This document shows positions 38,999-50,347 of a DNA stretch of 64,000 nt, one piece after another; position 1 is the first letter of the stretch; the number at the start of each line of letters is the position of its first letter. Position numbers and translations under genes: made by a program. The notes under the pieces are model-generated. The model saw only the letters and a list, made by a program, of their open reading frames with translations. It was not told where the DNA came from and ran no database searches. Where the stretch lies: assembly GCF_055900595.2 (NCBI RefSeq), contig NZ_CM148325.1, one strand, 5' to 3'.

Positions 38999-40054
38999 TT
39001 AACGCAGGCGATTATAATCATCGACCATTTCGTTGTACTCACGTAATGCTCTCGGGAAAGAGTCGTCGACCATCCAACTTGTGTTTGCATCCTGAAGTTG
39101 CTCTTTATCCCAGTCAGAATACGGAACTTTATCTCTGACGCGGCGAACATATTTTTTAGCCTCGAGCTGATATTGATCTGCCGAACTAATGAACGAGGAA
39201 TTCATGCCGCCTTTATCCGCTTCTTTGGCCTGTGCCACCAGCGTTTCAAGTTCAGTCACTTTCTTCATTGCCGCTTCTGCATCAAACTTATCTTGCGATA
39301 TCAGGTTATTAATTTGTTTCGCTGAAATCATGACTGCCAGAGAGTAGTAGTTGAATGTTTTCCCTTCTCTTTGTTCAATATTTTGCAGTTCCGCAAGCTG
39401 GCGCTTATCGTTAATTTCCTGAATCGCCGCATGATAAGATTCTGCTACAGGTTCAAAGGCTTCAAGATTTTTTAAGAATGTCTGGTGCAGCGTTTTCCCT
39501 TTCGCAAACGCATCGTCTTTATAATTTTCCTGGGTGTAATATTTTTCCATTTCGTTAATGGTATTACCCAACGCCACGGCAGCATCAATATAACTCACCG
39601 CCACGCCATCAATAGGTTGCAGCGCAGGCGTTAACGCCACAGCACTTTTTACGCCTTTTTCACACTCAGCGAGGTTGGATTCACTAATACCGTAGATACC
39701 ATAAACAGTACGCTCTTCACCGGTAGGGCCCTGTTTAAAATCTTTCAGCCAGTCAGCATAACGCGCCAGACTGCTCTGTACAGGGATCTGTAACTTGTTG
39801 TAGCACTTGATATAGACATCCATTTTTTCGTCGAAAACCGCTTGTTCATCGACCACCGGTTGAGCAGGCGTTTCAGGTTTAACTTCTGCTTTTGCAACGG
39901 GAGCTTCAGCAGGTTTCGCTTCAGGAGCTGGTGCGGCAGGTTGACTATTGGCAGGCGGGGGCGTTTCTGTTTCGGATTTTTTATCGTCACAACCCGTGAG
40001 ACCGAGGGCCATTATGGCGACTATAATAGCGGAAGATAATAAATTCCTTTTCAT
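38999..40054 (-). CDS. yiiG: Lipoprotein YiiG (DUF3829)
   Basis: MKRNLLSSAIIVAIMALGLTGCDDKKSETETPPPANSQPAAPAPEAKPAEAP... lipobox LTGC, 351 aa. Confidence 0.9.
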   Translation of the reverse strand: MKRNLLSSAIIVAIMALGLTGCDDKKSETETPPPANSQPAAPAPEAKPAEAPVAKAEVKPETPAQPVVDEQAVFDEKMDVYIKCYNKLQIPVQSSLARYADWLKDFKQGPTGEERTVYGIYGISESNLAECEKGVKSAVALTPALQPIDGVAVSYIDAAVALGNTINEMEKYYTQENYKDDAFAKGKTLHQTFLKNLEAFEPVAESYHAAIQEINDKRQLAELQNIEQREGKTFNYYSLAVMISAKQINNLISQDKFDAEAAMKKVTELETLVAQAKEADKGGMNSSFISSADQYQLEAKKYVRRVRDKVPYSDWDKEQLQDANTSWMVDDSFPRALREYNEMVDDYNRLR

Positions 40055-40166
40055 TTAATTGCCTTATAAATAGATAAATAAGAGTGTGAATATAATAAAT
40101 GAAAAAAGAAAATGTCACTACACGCGTTTTGTTTATAAATAAATCGATAATATTCATAAAATGAAT

Positions 40167-40201
40167 AAGTCCTGTAATTTAATTTCTAAATCACAGGACT
40201 T
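40167..40201 (-). terminator. Long imperfect hairpin (aagtcctgt...acaggactt) downstream of the 768-aa gene; probable terminator of the two-gene insertion operon
   Basis: 9-bp perfect outer inverted repeat with AT-rich interior; T-rich tract follows on the minus strand. Confidence 0.4.
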
Positions 40202-40264
40202 ATTTTAATTAACGGCACAACCTTTGCGGGAGGGAGTGTCATGTCCCCCACCATTAATCATGCA

Positions 40265-42571
40265 CTACATCCCGTAGCGTTCAGCAATAGCAGCATGCTT
40301 CTCTTCATTCGCCCCGGCTTCTTTGGCGAGACGCCACCAGCACAATGGATGTTCCCAGTCAGCGGTCAATTCGTGCAAGGTCTTATCGATATCACCTTTA
40401 GAAATTGAACGCGGCGCACTGATAACAAAGTAGAATGCAGGCAGCGGTTCAGCGCCTTCTCCTTGATGACTGTCCGTTAATGTATAGTCGTCATTACTGT
40501 TGCTCCAGTAGTACCAGTTTCGTTCACGGAGCGCCTCACGGAAAGTATTAAACTCTTCTTCACCAGGCATGACACCTTCGCAGAACCAGGACTCGCCGTA
40601 TTCGGTCGGGATAATGGTTTGCAGGCAGGCATAAAGTGGCGTGAAATTCTTCCGTTCTTCCTCATCCTCTGGTTGGGTATTCAACATTTCTGCATCGAAT
40701 ACCACAACCTCATCAACATGTTGCGGATAATCGGTGCGGTAAGTTGGCTCAATGATCCTTGCTGTTACCGGCCCAATACGTTGAGCATAGTAATAGCGGT
40801 ATTCATAATTTTCCCGGAAGCGGATGTTTAACAGCCCCCATTTTTCGTCAATAAAACCTTCACCTTCCGTAAGTTCGATTTCCAGTTCAGCAGCAATAGC
40901 ACGAACCAAATCCCATTGTTGCAGGATGCTGGCGGTCGCCATGATATCCCACTGGAGATTGCGAATATCTTCTTCACGGCTAATCATCAGTTGCTGCAAT
41001 TGTTGTAAATAATCCAGCTGTCGATCCCAGGCTTCCTGTTTTTGTGCTGCCCAGGAGCACATGCGATAAACGCCAACCCACTCACGCCCTTTTTCGTGTT
41101 GCAGCAACTGTTGCCCAATCGACTCCAGTTCACTCCAGTCTTCCTGTTGGTTGATCACTCGCGCACGGAACCACAAGGCCATATGTAGCAGCCCCGCCTG
41201 TTCATACTGCTTCGCCAGGTGCTCAATGGTTTGCAGATCGTCACGGTGGAGCAATAAATCCAACAGATCGAAGCAAAGACCATTATCTTCCTGGATGTGG
41301 CTTTCGACGTAGCGTTGCAGAAGTTCAATCGACTCATCAATCGCATTACAGGCGTTTAACGCATTGACCAGTTTGCCCAGCAATTCCGCATCATCTGGCG
41401 CGTTCAGGTAAGCGCGGCGGAATGTTTCGACGTCTTTTTCTGGATCTGGTTGCGTTTCTTCATCGCTATTTTCAGGTACTTCTACAACCGGACGAGCAAG
41501 CAACTCTGCTTCTTTGGCGGCGATTTTTTCACTCAGTTCGAGAAACTCACGATCAACCCCCAGTAACACGCGTAATTTTGGAATGTGTCGCTGGGCCAGT
41601 TTCATCGCTATTTTGGCAACCCAGACGGATTCACGCTCCAGCGCCAGGGTAATTTGCAGTTTCGCCAGATTCACCACTTTACGGTGCGCGCCGGCCTGCG
41701 AACGATGCTCCAGCATTTTTTGGATAATGCGCGCCAGCTGCCAGTTGTTTCTTTGTGGATGGCGAGGCAGTAGCGCAGTGATGATCTTGATCCAAATCCC
41801 CCACGAAAAAGGCGTAAGATCAGCCCAGCGCGGCAACTCAGCCCATACGTCTTCGTCCTGTCCACACAACGCCATGATATACAGTTTTTTCAACTGATAA
41901 CTGATACGGTCGCGCCCCCAGTAATCATTTTCTTCTGCCAGTTCATCAATCAATTTGCGTGCTTCATCGTAACGCTGCAGTTCAATCAAAATATCGGCAC
42001 GGGTATTCAATAATGCTTCAATATCATCGTCACCGGATGCTTTAACCGCGTCGATTTGCCGATCCAGGTACGCCAATGCCTCTTCTGCTCTTTTGGAATC
42101 TATCAGTGCGCTGGCATATTCGGTGGACAAACACTGAAAACAGCTCCAGGTTGCATCAATTCGCGCAATGGTTTCTTCACATACTGCCATGCGTTCATTC
42201 GCCCAGCCAGGCGCATCAATATTTTCGTAGCAGGCAGATAAATCCTGGGTAACGCAGATAGATTGCGGGCAATCTTTTGCCTCTTCCCGGTGTGCTTTTT
42301 CAAACAGCGCCACCACGTCTGGCAGCACTTTTTCGCCTTCTTCGCGGTTAGTCAGACGATGGCGCATTTCCCAGTGACCAATAAAAATCTCCAGCCAGGG
42401 ATTTTTCGCCACCTGGGTAAGCGCTTTTACTTCTGGTAATAGCGAATCGCATTTTTCCATTTGCAGGTGCATAACGCTTTCCGAATAATCATCAATAAGC
42501 TGCGGAATATACTCCTGTCCGGCATCGCGTAATTCCTGACTATATTTATTGTACCATTCCCATATATTCAT
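40265..42571 (-). CDS. Hypothetical 768-aa, predominantly helical, acidic protein; second gene of the HtpG-paralog operon; no motif recognised
   Basis: ATG at 42571 with AAGGA RBS, one nucleotide after the stop of the upstream HSP90-like gene (translational coupling). No Walker A, nuclease or protease motif seen by eye. Confidence 0.7.
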   Translation of the reverse strand: MNIWEWYNKYSQELRDAGQEYIPQLIDDYSESVMHLQMEKCDSLLPEVKALTQVAKNPWLEIFIGHWEMRHRLTNREEGEKVLPDVVALFEKAHREEAKDCPQSICVTQDLSACYENIDAPGWANERMAVCEETIARIDATWSCFQCLSTEYASALIDSKRAEEALAYLDRQIDAVKASGDDDIEALLNTRADILIELQRYDEARKLIDELAEENDYWGRDRISYQLKKLYIMALCGQDEDVWAELPRWADLTPFSWGIWIKIITALLPRHPQRNNWQLARIIQKMLEHRSQAGAHRKVVNLAKLQITLALERESVWVAKIAMKLAQRHIPKLRVLLGVDREFLELSEKIAAKEAELLARPVVEVPENSDEETQPDPEKDVETFRRAYLNAPDDAELLGKLVNALNACNAIDESIELLQRYVESHIQEDNGLCFDLLDLLLHRDDLQTIEHLAKQYEQAGLLHMALWFRARVINQQEDWSELESIGQQLLQHEKGREWVGVYRMCSWAAQKQEAWDRQLDYLQQLQQLMISREEDIRNLQWDIMATASILQQWDLVRAIAAELEIELTEGEGFIDEKWGLLNIRFRENYEYRYYYAQRIGPVTARIIEPTYRTDYPQHVDEVVVFDAEMLNTQPEDEEERKNFTPLYACLQTIIPTEYGESWFCEGVMPGEEEFNTFREALRERNWYYWSNSNDDYTLTDSHQGEGAEPLPAFYFVISAPRSISKGDIDKTLHELTADWEHPLCWWRLAKEAGANEEKHAAIAERYGM

Positions 42572-42572
42572 T

Positions 42573-44408
42573 TTATTTTCCTTGATTAATTAAGACAGGA
42601 ATAACCTGAGTAAAATCTTCCAGTGCCTGGTGTAAATCCCACTGCTGTTCTTTATTACCGCTGGAGCACAAAATCACTTTCAGCGATTTTAATAACCGTA
42701 ATGCTGCCGCTGGCTGTTGATGGTGTTGTAATGCCGTCACCAGTTGCATGACACAGGGGTTATTAAGATTGATATACAGACTTGAAGTTTTAGTCTTTTG
42801 GATTTGCGAGGTAAATTGCCGCGCCAGCATTAACGCTGCGGTGCTGATGCGTTTATCTGCGTCATCCTGTTCGAGAATTTGTTTTAATTCTGCTTCGCGG
42901 TCTGGCGTAACCACTAACGGTAAAACGGCGGGTTCGAAGCGGGAGATAATTAATTGCTCGCCATCGCAAAGATGCTCTTCCAGATAAGCAACCTGCTCTT
43001 CGGGTAATTCTGCCAGGCTGAACAACTGCTCATTACCCGTTTGCGTACCGACTTCGATAATCCGGCAGTGATATAACAGCGCCCAACGACGTAAAAATGG
43101 CACCACCGCATAACGATCGCCACGGGCTACGGGCCGTTGCAGAATATGAAACAACATCTCTTCAAAACCGCCGTCGCGGCTTAACAGAATATGAATACTG
43201 TTATTAACGCGTAAATCCTTCGCCAGCAGCGCACCTTTTGACGTTGGCACCTGCAGGCGATCTTTGAGTAAATCACACAGACGATCATCACACAAGGCCG
43301 CACCCAGCAACGCTTCGTTGTGGCGCATTAATACACGCCGCCAGATTTCTGGCTGATTTTGTGCGAGATCGGACAAACCAGAAATCAGCGCCTCTTTTAA
43401 CGCCTCCTGCACCGCAACCCAGGTTTCGTCCCGCTGGAGATCTTCCCGGCTCGCCGTAGGCGTTAGTTTCGATGACTCAATCACGCCGCCAATAAATCCG
43501 GCCCAGGGAGGTAACAACTCACGCGCTTCATCATCCAGTAACATACCGCGCAAAAACAGCGACAGGTTACGGTTATCGCTGGTGCCGTAGGTTGCGCCAT
43601 CCTGAATCCATAAAATCCCAACCGCGTCGCTCATCCCCACGGGCACCACCGGAATGGTGCAAATCGGTTCGAAGGAGGATTCAAACTGTGCGGCAAAGGC
43701 GAGATTTTTACGCTGTACCAGCGCGCGGTGCATGGTTACGCCTTCAGGGGCAACTTCACGCCACGGTGGTTGCAGTTTATTCACCGGCTCGCGGGCATCA
43801 CCGACATAGACTGGTTCGTGCAGCAATATGCAATAGCGTGAAAGAACGCGGTTCAGCAAATTGTTACTCGCCAGATGGCTGTACTCTTCTTTGAGCGTCA
43901 GAATCACCTGCGTACCCGTTTCCGAGGACTGATGCGGCGTAACGGTATATTTTTGCCCGTCGGTAGAGTGGTATTTCCAGCTCTGATCCGGCGTTTGCCA
44001 GGATGTGGTCAACACCGTGACCTCTTTTGCCAGTACAAAGGCCGACAAAAAACCGAGGCCGAACATACCAATTAAACCGGTGTTGTCATCCTGCTGGCGC
44101 AACATTCGGGTATAACCCACGCCCACTGTAGCAAGGAAGCCGTGAATTTCGCTTTCTGTCAGACCCGCACCGGTATCAGTAATAGTGATAGTGGACTTCG
44201 CCACGTCAGCCACCACACGAATTTGGTTATCCTTTGGCGCATCGGGCTGCTCAATCCTGCGACGCACAATCGCATCATGGCCGTTCTGCACCAGCTCGCG
44301 CACGGCAACTACGGGAGTGGAGTAAAGATGCTTACTAAGCACCTCAATTAAACCGTTTAAATTAACTTCTGTAGAATATGAACTGCCAGGTAACTGTAAT
44401 GTACTCAT
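42573..44408 (-). CDS. HSP90/HtpG-family GHKL ATPase paralog (611 aa), divergent from housekeeping HtpG
   Basis: Bergerat-fold motifs present: N-box RELVQNGHDA (codons at ~44271-44300), G1 ITDTGAGLT, G2 GMFGLGFLSAFVLAKEVTV (compare HtpG GQFGVGFYSAFIVADKVTV); middle-domain similarity GMLLDDEARELLPPWAGFIGGVIESSKLTPTASREDLQRD (compare HtpG [39 protein letters not shown]). Confidence 0.8.
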   Translation of the reverse strand: MSTLQLPGSSYSTEVNLNGLIEVLSKHLYSTPVVAVRELVQNGHDAIVRRRIEQPDAPKDNQIRVVADVAKSTITITDTGAGLTESEIHGFLATVGVGYTRMLRQQDDNTGLIGMFGLGFLSAFVLAKEVTVLTTSWQTPDQSWKYHSTDGQKYTVTPHQSSETGTQVILTLKEEYSHLASNNLLNRVLSRYCILLHEPVYVGDAREPVNKLQPPWREVAPEGVTMHRALVQRKNLAFAAQFESSFEPICTIPVVPVGMSDAVGILWIQDGATYGTSDNRNLSLFLRGMLLDDEARELLPPWAGFIGGVIESSKLTPTASREDLQRDETWVAVQEALKEALISGLSDLAQNQPEIWRRVLMRHNEALLGAALCDDRLCDLLKDRLQVPTSKGALLAKDLRVNNSIHILLSRDGGFEEMLFHILQRPVARGDRYAVVPFLRRWALLYHCRIIEVGTQTGNEQLFSLAELPEEQVAYLEEHLCDGEQLIISRFEPAVLPLVVTPDREAELKQILEQDDADKRISTAALMLARQFTSQIQKTKTSSLYINLNNPCVMQLVTALQHHQQPAAALRLLKSLKVILCSSGNKEQQWDLHQALEDFTQVIPVLINQGK

Positions 44409-44680
44409 TTTTCAATACTCATAATCCATCACCTACTATTGAAAATACATTGCTGTTTTTTACAACCGGTGCAAGGTTTGTTATTTGCATTCACTCATCG
44501 GAAACATTTATTTATTGACGCGATGATTAAAACAAAATGTCTTATATAAATAATGATTAATTCTTAAAGGATTAATGCGACTGGAGTATATCGATATAAC
44601 CCGGATTTAACGAGATAATTTCTTGTGGTGAAATTATTATTTGAATGCTGAATAATATATTGAGGATTATTTAATAGAAA

Positions 44681-44712
44681 AATAAAACCGCAATCCAGAA
44701 TCAGAATTGCGG
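44681..44712 (-). terminator. Rho-independent terminator of fdhD
   Basis: ccgcaat-(11-nt loop)-attgcgg hairpin followed on the minus strand by TTTTATT. Confidence 0.5.
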
Positions 44713-44719
44713 TATTTCT

Positions 44720-45556
44720 TTAATTATGAATCAATCGCTGCGGATGAGTATAAACCGTTGCCCGACCCGGCTTACAAAAGCCCACCAGCGTCAAATTACA
44801 ACGCTCAGCCACTTCTACGGCAAGCGTGGTCGCGGCAGACACCGCAAACAAAATCTCGACGCCGCACATCGCTGACTTTTGCACCATTTCATAACTGGCA
44901 CGACTGGAAACCAGCACCGCACCTTGCAGCCAGCTTTCCCCTTCTTGTGACCGGCGGCCTAACAGTTTATCCAGCGCCACATGGCGACCCACGTCTTCAT
45001 GCCCGCCTACCAGTTCGCCAGATGGCAACATCCAGGCAGCGGCGTGAGTACAACCAGTCAGTTGCCCCACTGGCTGGAAATCATTGAGATGGCGTAATGC
45101 ATCATCCAGTTTGTTGAGATCAAATGTCTGAGTGAACGGCAGCGACTGCACCGGTTTACCGATGTCATTAAGTTGCTCCACGCCGCACACGCCACATCCC
45201 GTACGTCCCGCCAGTGCCCGACGACGCTCCTTCAACCCCATAAAGCGGCGGCTGGAAAGCTCAATTTGCACTTCCAGACCATTACAGGAAGGAACGACAT
45301 CCATACCGAAGATATCGCGCGGACTTTCGATAATCCCCTCGGAAAGCGAAAAACCGAGCGCAAAGTATTCAAGGTCTTTGGGCGACGCCATCATCACCAC
45401 ATGCGAAATGCCGTTGTAGACCAGCGCAACGGGAACCTCTTCCGCCACCTCATCTAACCGTGGGTGTTGTAAATCGTCACGCCGCCATAACTCAATTTGA
45501 CGAACACCTGTGACATTTGTCACATTTTTGATTTCTTTTTGCTGTGTTTTTTTCAC
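44720..45556 (-). CDS. fdhD: Formate dehydrogenase accessory sulfurtransferase FdhD
   Basis: [59 protein letters not shown]... 278 aa. Confidence 0.93.
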   Translation of the reverse strand: MKKTQQKEIKNVTNVTGVRQIELWRRDDLQHPRLDEVAEEVPVALVYNGISHVVMMASPKDLEYFALGFSLSEGIIESPRDIFGMDVVPSCNGLEVQIELSSRRFMGLKERRRALAGRTGCGVCGVEQLNDIGKPVQSLPFTQTFDLNKLDDALRHLNDFQPVGQLTGCTHAAAWMLPSGELVGGHEDVGRHVALDKLLGRRSQEGESWLQGAVLVSSRASYEMVQKSAMCGVEILFAVSAATTLAVEVAERCNLTLVGFCKPGRATVYTHPQRLIHN

Positions 45557-45749
45557 TTTCTATTAACCGGATAAGAACACACACACCAACATTATGGTAT
45601 TCTGTTACAAACCCTTCCTGGATGGAGGGAAATTGAGCCAATTCTGGACCTTTGCGGCCCCTTCCGCAAAGAAAAATAACTCCCACTCCCTGCACACGCA
45701 GCAAGCGAATGTAAATGGGACGTGACAATGTCGAAACAAGGAGCAATCC

Positions 45750-48700
45750 ATGCAGGTCAGCAGAAGGCAGTTCTTTAAGATCTGCGCTGGCGGTATGGCA
45801 GGCACCACGGCAGCGGCACTGGGTTTTGCACCCAGCGTAGCACTCGCGGAAACCCGGCAGTATAAACTGCTGCGCACCCGCGAAACCCGTAATACCTGCA
45901 CCTATTGTTCCGTAGGCTGTGGGCTGTTGATGTACAGCCTCGGTGACGGAGCAAAAAACGCCAAAGCATCTATCTTCCATATCGAAGGTGACCCGGATCA
46001 CCCGGTCAACCGCGGTGCACTTTGTCCGAAAGGCGCTGGCCTGGTGGATTTCATCCACTCCGAAAGCCGTCTGAAGTTTCCGGAATACCGTGCGCCAGGT
46101 TCTGATAAATGGCAGCAAATCAGTTGGGAAGAGGCGTTTGATCGCATTGCCAAACTGATGAAAGAAGACCGCGATGCTAACTACATTGCGCAAAACGCCG
46201 AAGGCGTGACTGTTAACCGCTGGCTCTCCACCGGGATGTTGTGTGCTTCCGCGTCGAGTAACGAAACCGGCTATTTAACGCAAAAATTCTCCCGCGCGCT
46301 GGGTATGCTCGCGGTCGACAACCAGGCGCGTGTCTGACACGGACCAACGGTAGCAAGTCTTGCTCCAACATTTGGTCGCGGTGCGATGACCAACCACTGG
46401 GTCGACATCAAGAACGCCAACCTCGTCGTGGTGATGGGCGGTAACGCCGCTGAAGCACACCCGGTCGGGTTCCGCTGGGCGATGGAAGCCAAAATTCACA
46501 ACGGCGCGAAGCTGATTGTGATCGATCCTCGCTTTACGCGTACGGCGGCGGTGGCTGACTACTATGCCCCTATTCGTTCCGGTACTGACATTGCTTTCCT
46601 GTCAGGCGTATTGCTGTACCTGCTGAACAATGAAAAATTCAACCGCGAATACACCGAAGCCTATACCAACGCCAGCCTGATCGTGCGTGAGGATTACGGC
46701 TTTGAAGATGGCCTGTTCACCGGCTACGACGCGGAAAAACGCAAGTACGATAAATCCTCCTGGACCTACGAGCTGGACGAAAACGGCTTCGCCAAACGCG
46801 ATACCACGCTGCAACATCCGCGCTGCGTGTGGAACTTGCTGAAACAGCACGTTTCCCGTTATACGCCAGATGTGGTTGAAAACATCTGTGGTACGCCGAA
46901 AGACGCGTTCCTGAAAGTCTGCGAATACATCGCCGAAACCAGTGCTCACGATAAAACTGCCTCGTTCCTTTACGCGCTCGGCTGGACGCAACACTCCGTT
47001 GGTGCGCAAAACATTCGAACGATGGCGATGATCCAGCTGCTGCTCGGCAATATGGGGATGGCAGGCGGCGGCGTTAACGCCCTGCGCGGTCACTCCAACA
47101 TTCAGGGGCTGACGGACCTGGGGCTGCTGTCGCAGAGCCTGCCAGGTTACATGACGCTGCCAAGCGAGAAGCAGACCGATCTGCAAACCTACCTTGCCGC
47201 CAACACGCCGAAACCGCTGCTGGAAGGCCAGGTTAACTACTGGGGCAATTACCCGAAATTCTTCGTCTCCATGATGAAGGCCTTCTTTGGTGATAAAGCG
47301 ACGGCAGAAAACAGCTGGGGCTTTGACTGGTTGCCGAAGTGGGATAAAGGCTACGACGTCCTGCAATACTTCGAGATGATGAAAGAGGGCAAGGTCAATG
47401 GCTATATCTGCCAGGGCTTTAACCCTGTTGCCTCATTCCCGAACAAAAACAAAGTGATCGGTTGTCTGTCGAAACTGAAGTTCCTCGTCACTATCGACCC
47501 GCTGAACACTGAAACCTCTAACTTCTGGCAGAACCACGGTGAGCTGAACGAAGTGGACTCGTCGAAGATCCAGACCGAAGTGTTCCGTCTGCCATCGACC
47601 TGCTTCGCGGAAGAGAATGGTTCAATCGTTAACTCCGGTCGCTGGTTGCAGTGGCACTGGAAAGGTGCGGACGCCCCGGGGATTGCGCTGACTGATGGCG
47701 AGATCCTCTCCGGTATCTTCCTGCGCTTGCGCAAGATGTACGCCGAACAGGGTGGCGCGAACCCGGACCAGGTGCTGAACATGACCTGGAACTACGCCAT
47801 CCCGCATGAGCCGAAGTCGGAAGAAGTGGCGATGGAGAGCAACGGTAAGGCGCTGGCCGATATTACCGATCCGGCAACCGGGGCGGTTATCGTCAAGAAA
47901 GGCCAACAACTTAGCTCGTTCGCACAACTGCGCGATGACGGTACCACCTCCTGTGGCTGCTGGATTTTCGCCGGTAGCTGGACGCCAGAGGGCAACCAGA
48001 TGGCGCGCCGTGATAACGCCGATCCGTCTGGCCTCGGTAACACGCTGGGCTGGGCATGGGCATGGCCGCTTAACCGCCGCATTCTGTATAACCGCGCCTC
48101 CGCAGATCCGCAGGGTAACCCGTGGGATCCGAAGCGTCAGTTGCTGAAATGGGACGGCACCAAATGGACCGGCTGGGATATTCCGGACTACAGCGCAGCG
48201 CCTCCGGGCAGTGGCGTCGGGCCGTTTATCATGCAGCAGGAAGGCATGGGGCGTCTGTTTGCCCTCGATAAGATGGCGGAAGGTCCGTTCCCGGAACACT
48301 ACGAGCCGTTTGAAACGCCGCTGGGAACTAACCCACTGCATCCAAACGTTATCTCGAACCCGGCTGCACGTATCTTTAAAGACGACGCCGAAGCATTGGG
48401 TAAAGCCGATAAGTTCCCGTATGTCGGAACCACCTATCGTCTGACCGAGCACTTCCACTACTGGACCAAACACGCGCTGTTGAATGCGATTTTGCAGCCA
48501 GAGCAGTTTGTGGAAATCGGTGAGTCGCTGGCGAATAAACTTGGCATTGCTCAGGGCGATACCGTGAAAGTCTCCTCCAACCGTGGCTATATCAAAGCCA
48601 AAGCGGTGGTGACCAAACGTATTCGCACGCTGAAAGCGAATGGCAAAGATATCGATACCATCGGTATTCCGATTCACTGGGGCTATGAAGGTGTTGCGAA

Positions 48701-48800
48701 AAAAGGCTTTATTGCCAATACGTTAACGCCATTCGTTGGTGATGCGAACACGCAGACGCCGGAGTTTAAGTCCTTCCTTGTGAATGTGGAAAAGGTGTAA
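45750..48800 (+). CDS. fdoG: Formate dehydrogenase-O catalytic subunit FdoG (selenoprotein; in-frame UGA at 46335-46337 decoded as Sec; Tat signal)
   Basis: MQVSRRQFFKICAGGMAGTTAAALG (twin-arginine) ... the ORF track shows two same-frame ORFs (45750..46337 and 46386..48800) separated only by a TGA; Mo-bisPGD family. Confidence 0.93.
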
Positions 48801-48812
48801 CGGAGACGACAT

Positions 48813-49715
48813 ATGGCTTATCAATCTCAAGATATCATTCGTCGTTCCGCGACTAACGGTCTGACCCCCGCGCCTCAGGCGCGGGACTTCCAGGAAGAAG
48901 TGGCGAAACTCATCGACGTCACCACCTGTATCGGCTGTAAAGCCTGTCAGGTGGCGTGTTCAGAGTGGAACGACATTCGCGATACCGTCGGCAATAACAT
49001 TGGGGTGTACGACAACCCCAATGATTTAAGCGCCAAATCGTGGACGGTGATGCGCTTCTCGGAAGTGGAGCAGAACGACAAACTGGAATGGCTGATCCGT
49101 AAAGACGGCTGTATGCACTGTTCCGATCCAGGCTGCCTGAAAGCGTGTCCGGCGGAAGGGGCAATTATTCAGTATGCCAACGGTATCGTCGACTTCCAGT
49201 CCGAGCAGTGCATTGGTTGCGGTTATTGCATTGCGGGCTGTCCGTTCGACATTCCGCGCCTCAACCCGGAAGACAACCGCGTTTATAAATGTACGCTGTG
49301 CGTTGACCGCGTGGTGGTTGGGCAAGAACCGGCCTGTGTGAAAACCTGCCCGACGGGTGCGATTCACTTCGGTACGAAAGAGTCGATGAAAACGCTGGCG
49401 AACGAGCGCGTGGCGGAGCTGAAAACCCGTGGTTACGACAATGCGGGTCTGTACGATCCGGCAGGCGTGGGTGGTACACACGTTATGTACGTGCTGCACC
49501 ATGCTGACAAGCCGAATCTGTATCATGGCTTGCCGGAGAACCCGGAAATCAGCGAAACCGTGAAATTCTGGAAAGGCATCTGGAAACCGCTCGCAGCTGT
49601 TGGCTTTGCGGCTACCTTCGCGGCCAGTATCTTCCACTACGTGGGTGTCGGTCCGAACCGTGCGGATGAGGAAGAGAATAATCTGCACGAAGAGAAAGAC
49701 GAGGAGCGCAAATGA
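48813..49715 (+). CDS. fdoH: Formate dehydrogenase-O iron-sulfur subunit FdoH
   Basis: [53 protein letters not shown]..., four Cys clusters, C-terminal TM helix. Confidence 0.96.
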   Translation: MAYQSQDIIRRSATNGLTPAPQARDFQEEVAKLIDVTTCIGCKACQVACSEWNDIRDTVGNNIGVYDNPNDLSAKSWTVMRFSEVEQNDKLEWLIRKDGCMHCSDPGCLKACPAEGAIIQYANGIVDFQSEQCIGCGYCIAGCPFDIPRLNPEDNRVYKCTLCVDRVVVGQEPACVKTCPTGAIHFGTKESMKTLANERVAELKTRGYDNAGLYDPAGVGGTHVMYVLHHADKPNLYHGLPENPEISETVKFWKGIWKPLAAVGFAATFAASIFHYVGVGPNRADEEENNLHEEKDEERK

Positions 49716-50347
49716 AACGACGTGACACCATCGTGCGCTACACCGCGCCGGAACGTATCAACCACTGGATCACCGCCTTCTGCTTCATCCTGGCGGCGGT
49801 GAGCGGGCTGGGCTTTTTGTTCCCTTCCTTCAACTGGTTGATGCAAATCATGGGCACACCGCAGCTGGCGCGCATTCTGCACCCGTTTGTCGGCGTGGTT
49901 ATGTTTGCCTCGTTCATCATCATGTTTTTCCGTTACTGGCATCACAACCTAATCAATCGGGATGATATCTTTTGGGCGAAGAATATTCGTAAGATCGTCG
50001 TCAACGAGGAAGTAGGTGACACCGGGCGTTATAACTTCGGTCAGAAATGCGTTTTCTGGGCGGCGATTATTTTCCTGGTCCTGCTGCTGGTGAGCGGTGT
50101 GATTATCTGGCGTCCTTATTTTGCGCCTGCTTTCTCAATCCCGGTGATCCGATTCGCGTTAATGCTGCATTCATTTGCCGCAGTGGCGTTAATTGTGGTT
50201 ATCATGGTGCATATCTACGCCGCCCTTTGGGTGAAAGGCACGATTACCGCCATGGTGGAAGGATGGGTTACCAGCGCCTGGGCGAAGAAACATCACCCGC
50301 GCTGGTACCGTGAGGTCCGCAAGACAACGGAAAAGAAAGCTGAATGA
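49712..50347 (+). CDS. fdoI: Formate dehydrogenase-O cytochrome b556 subunit FdoI
   Basis: [38 protein letters not shown]... 211 aa, four TM helices. Confidence 0.95.
   Translation: MKRRDTIVRYTAPERINHWITAFCFILAAVSGLGFLFPSFNWLMQIMGTPQLARILHPFVGVVMFASFIIMFFRYWHHNLINRDDIFWAKNIRKIVVNEEVGDTGRYNFGQKCVFWAAIIFLVLLLVSGVIIWRPYFAPAFSIPVIRFALMLHSFAAVALIVVIMVHIYAALWVKGTITAMVEGWVTSAWAKKHHPRWYREVRKTTEKKAE

Noticed and set aside
45750-46337. fdoG apparently truncated after 195 codons (possible pseudogene)
   Set aside because: The stop is TGA and the downstream ORF continues in the same frame; this is the selenocysteine codon expected for formate dehydrogenase-O.
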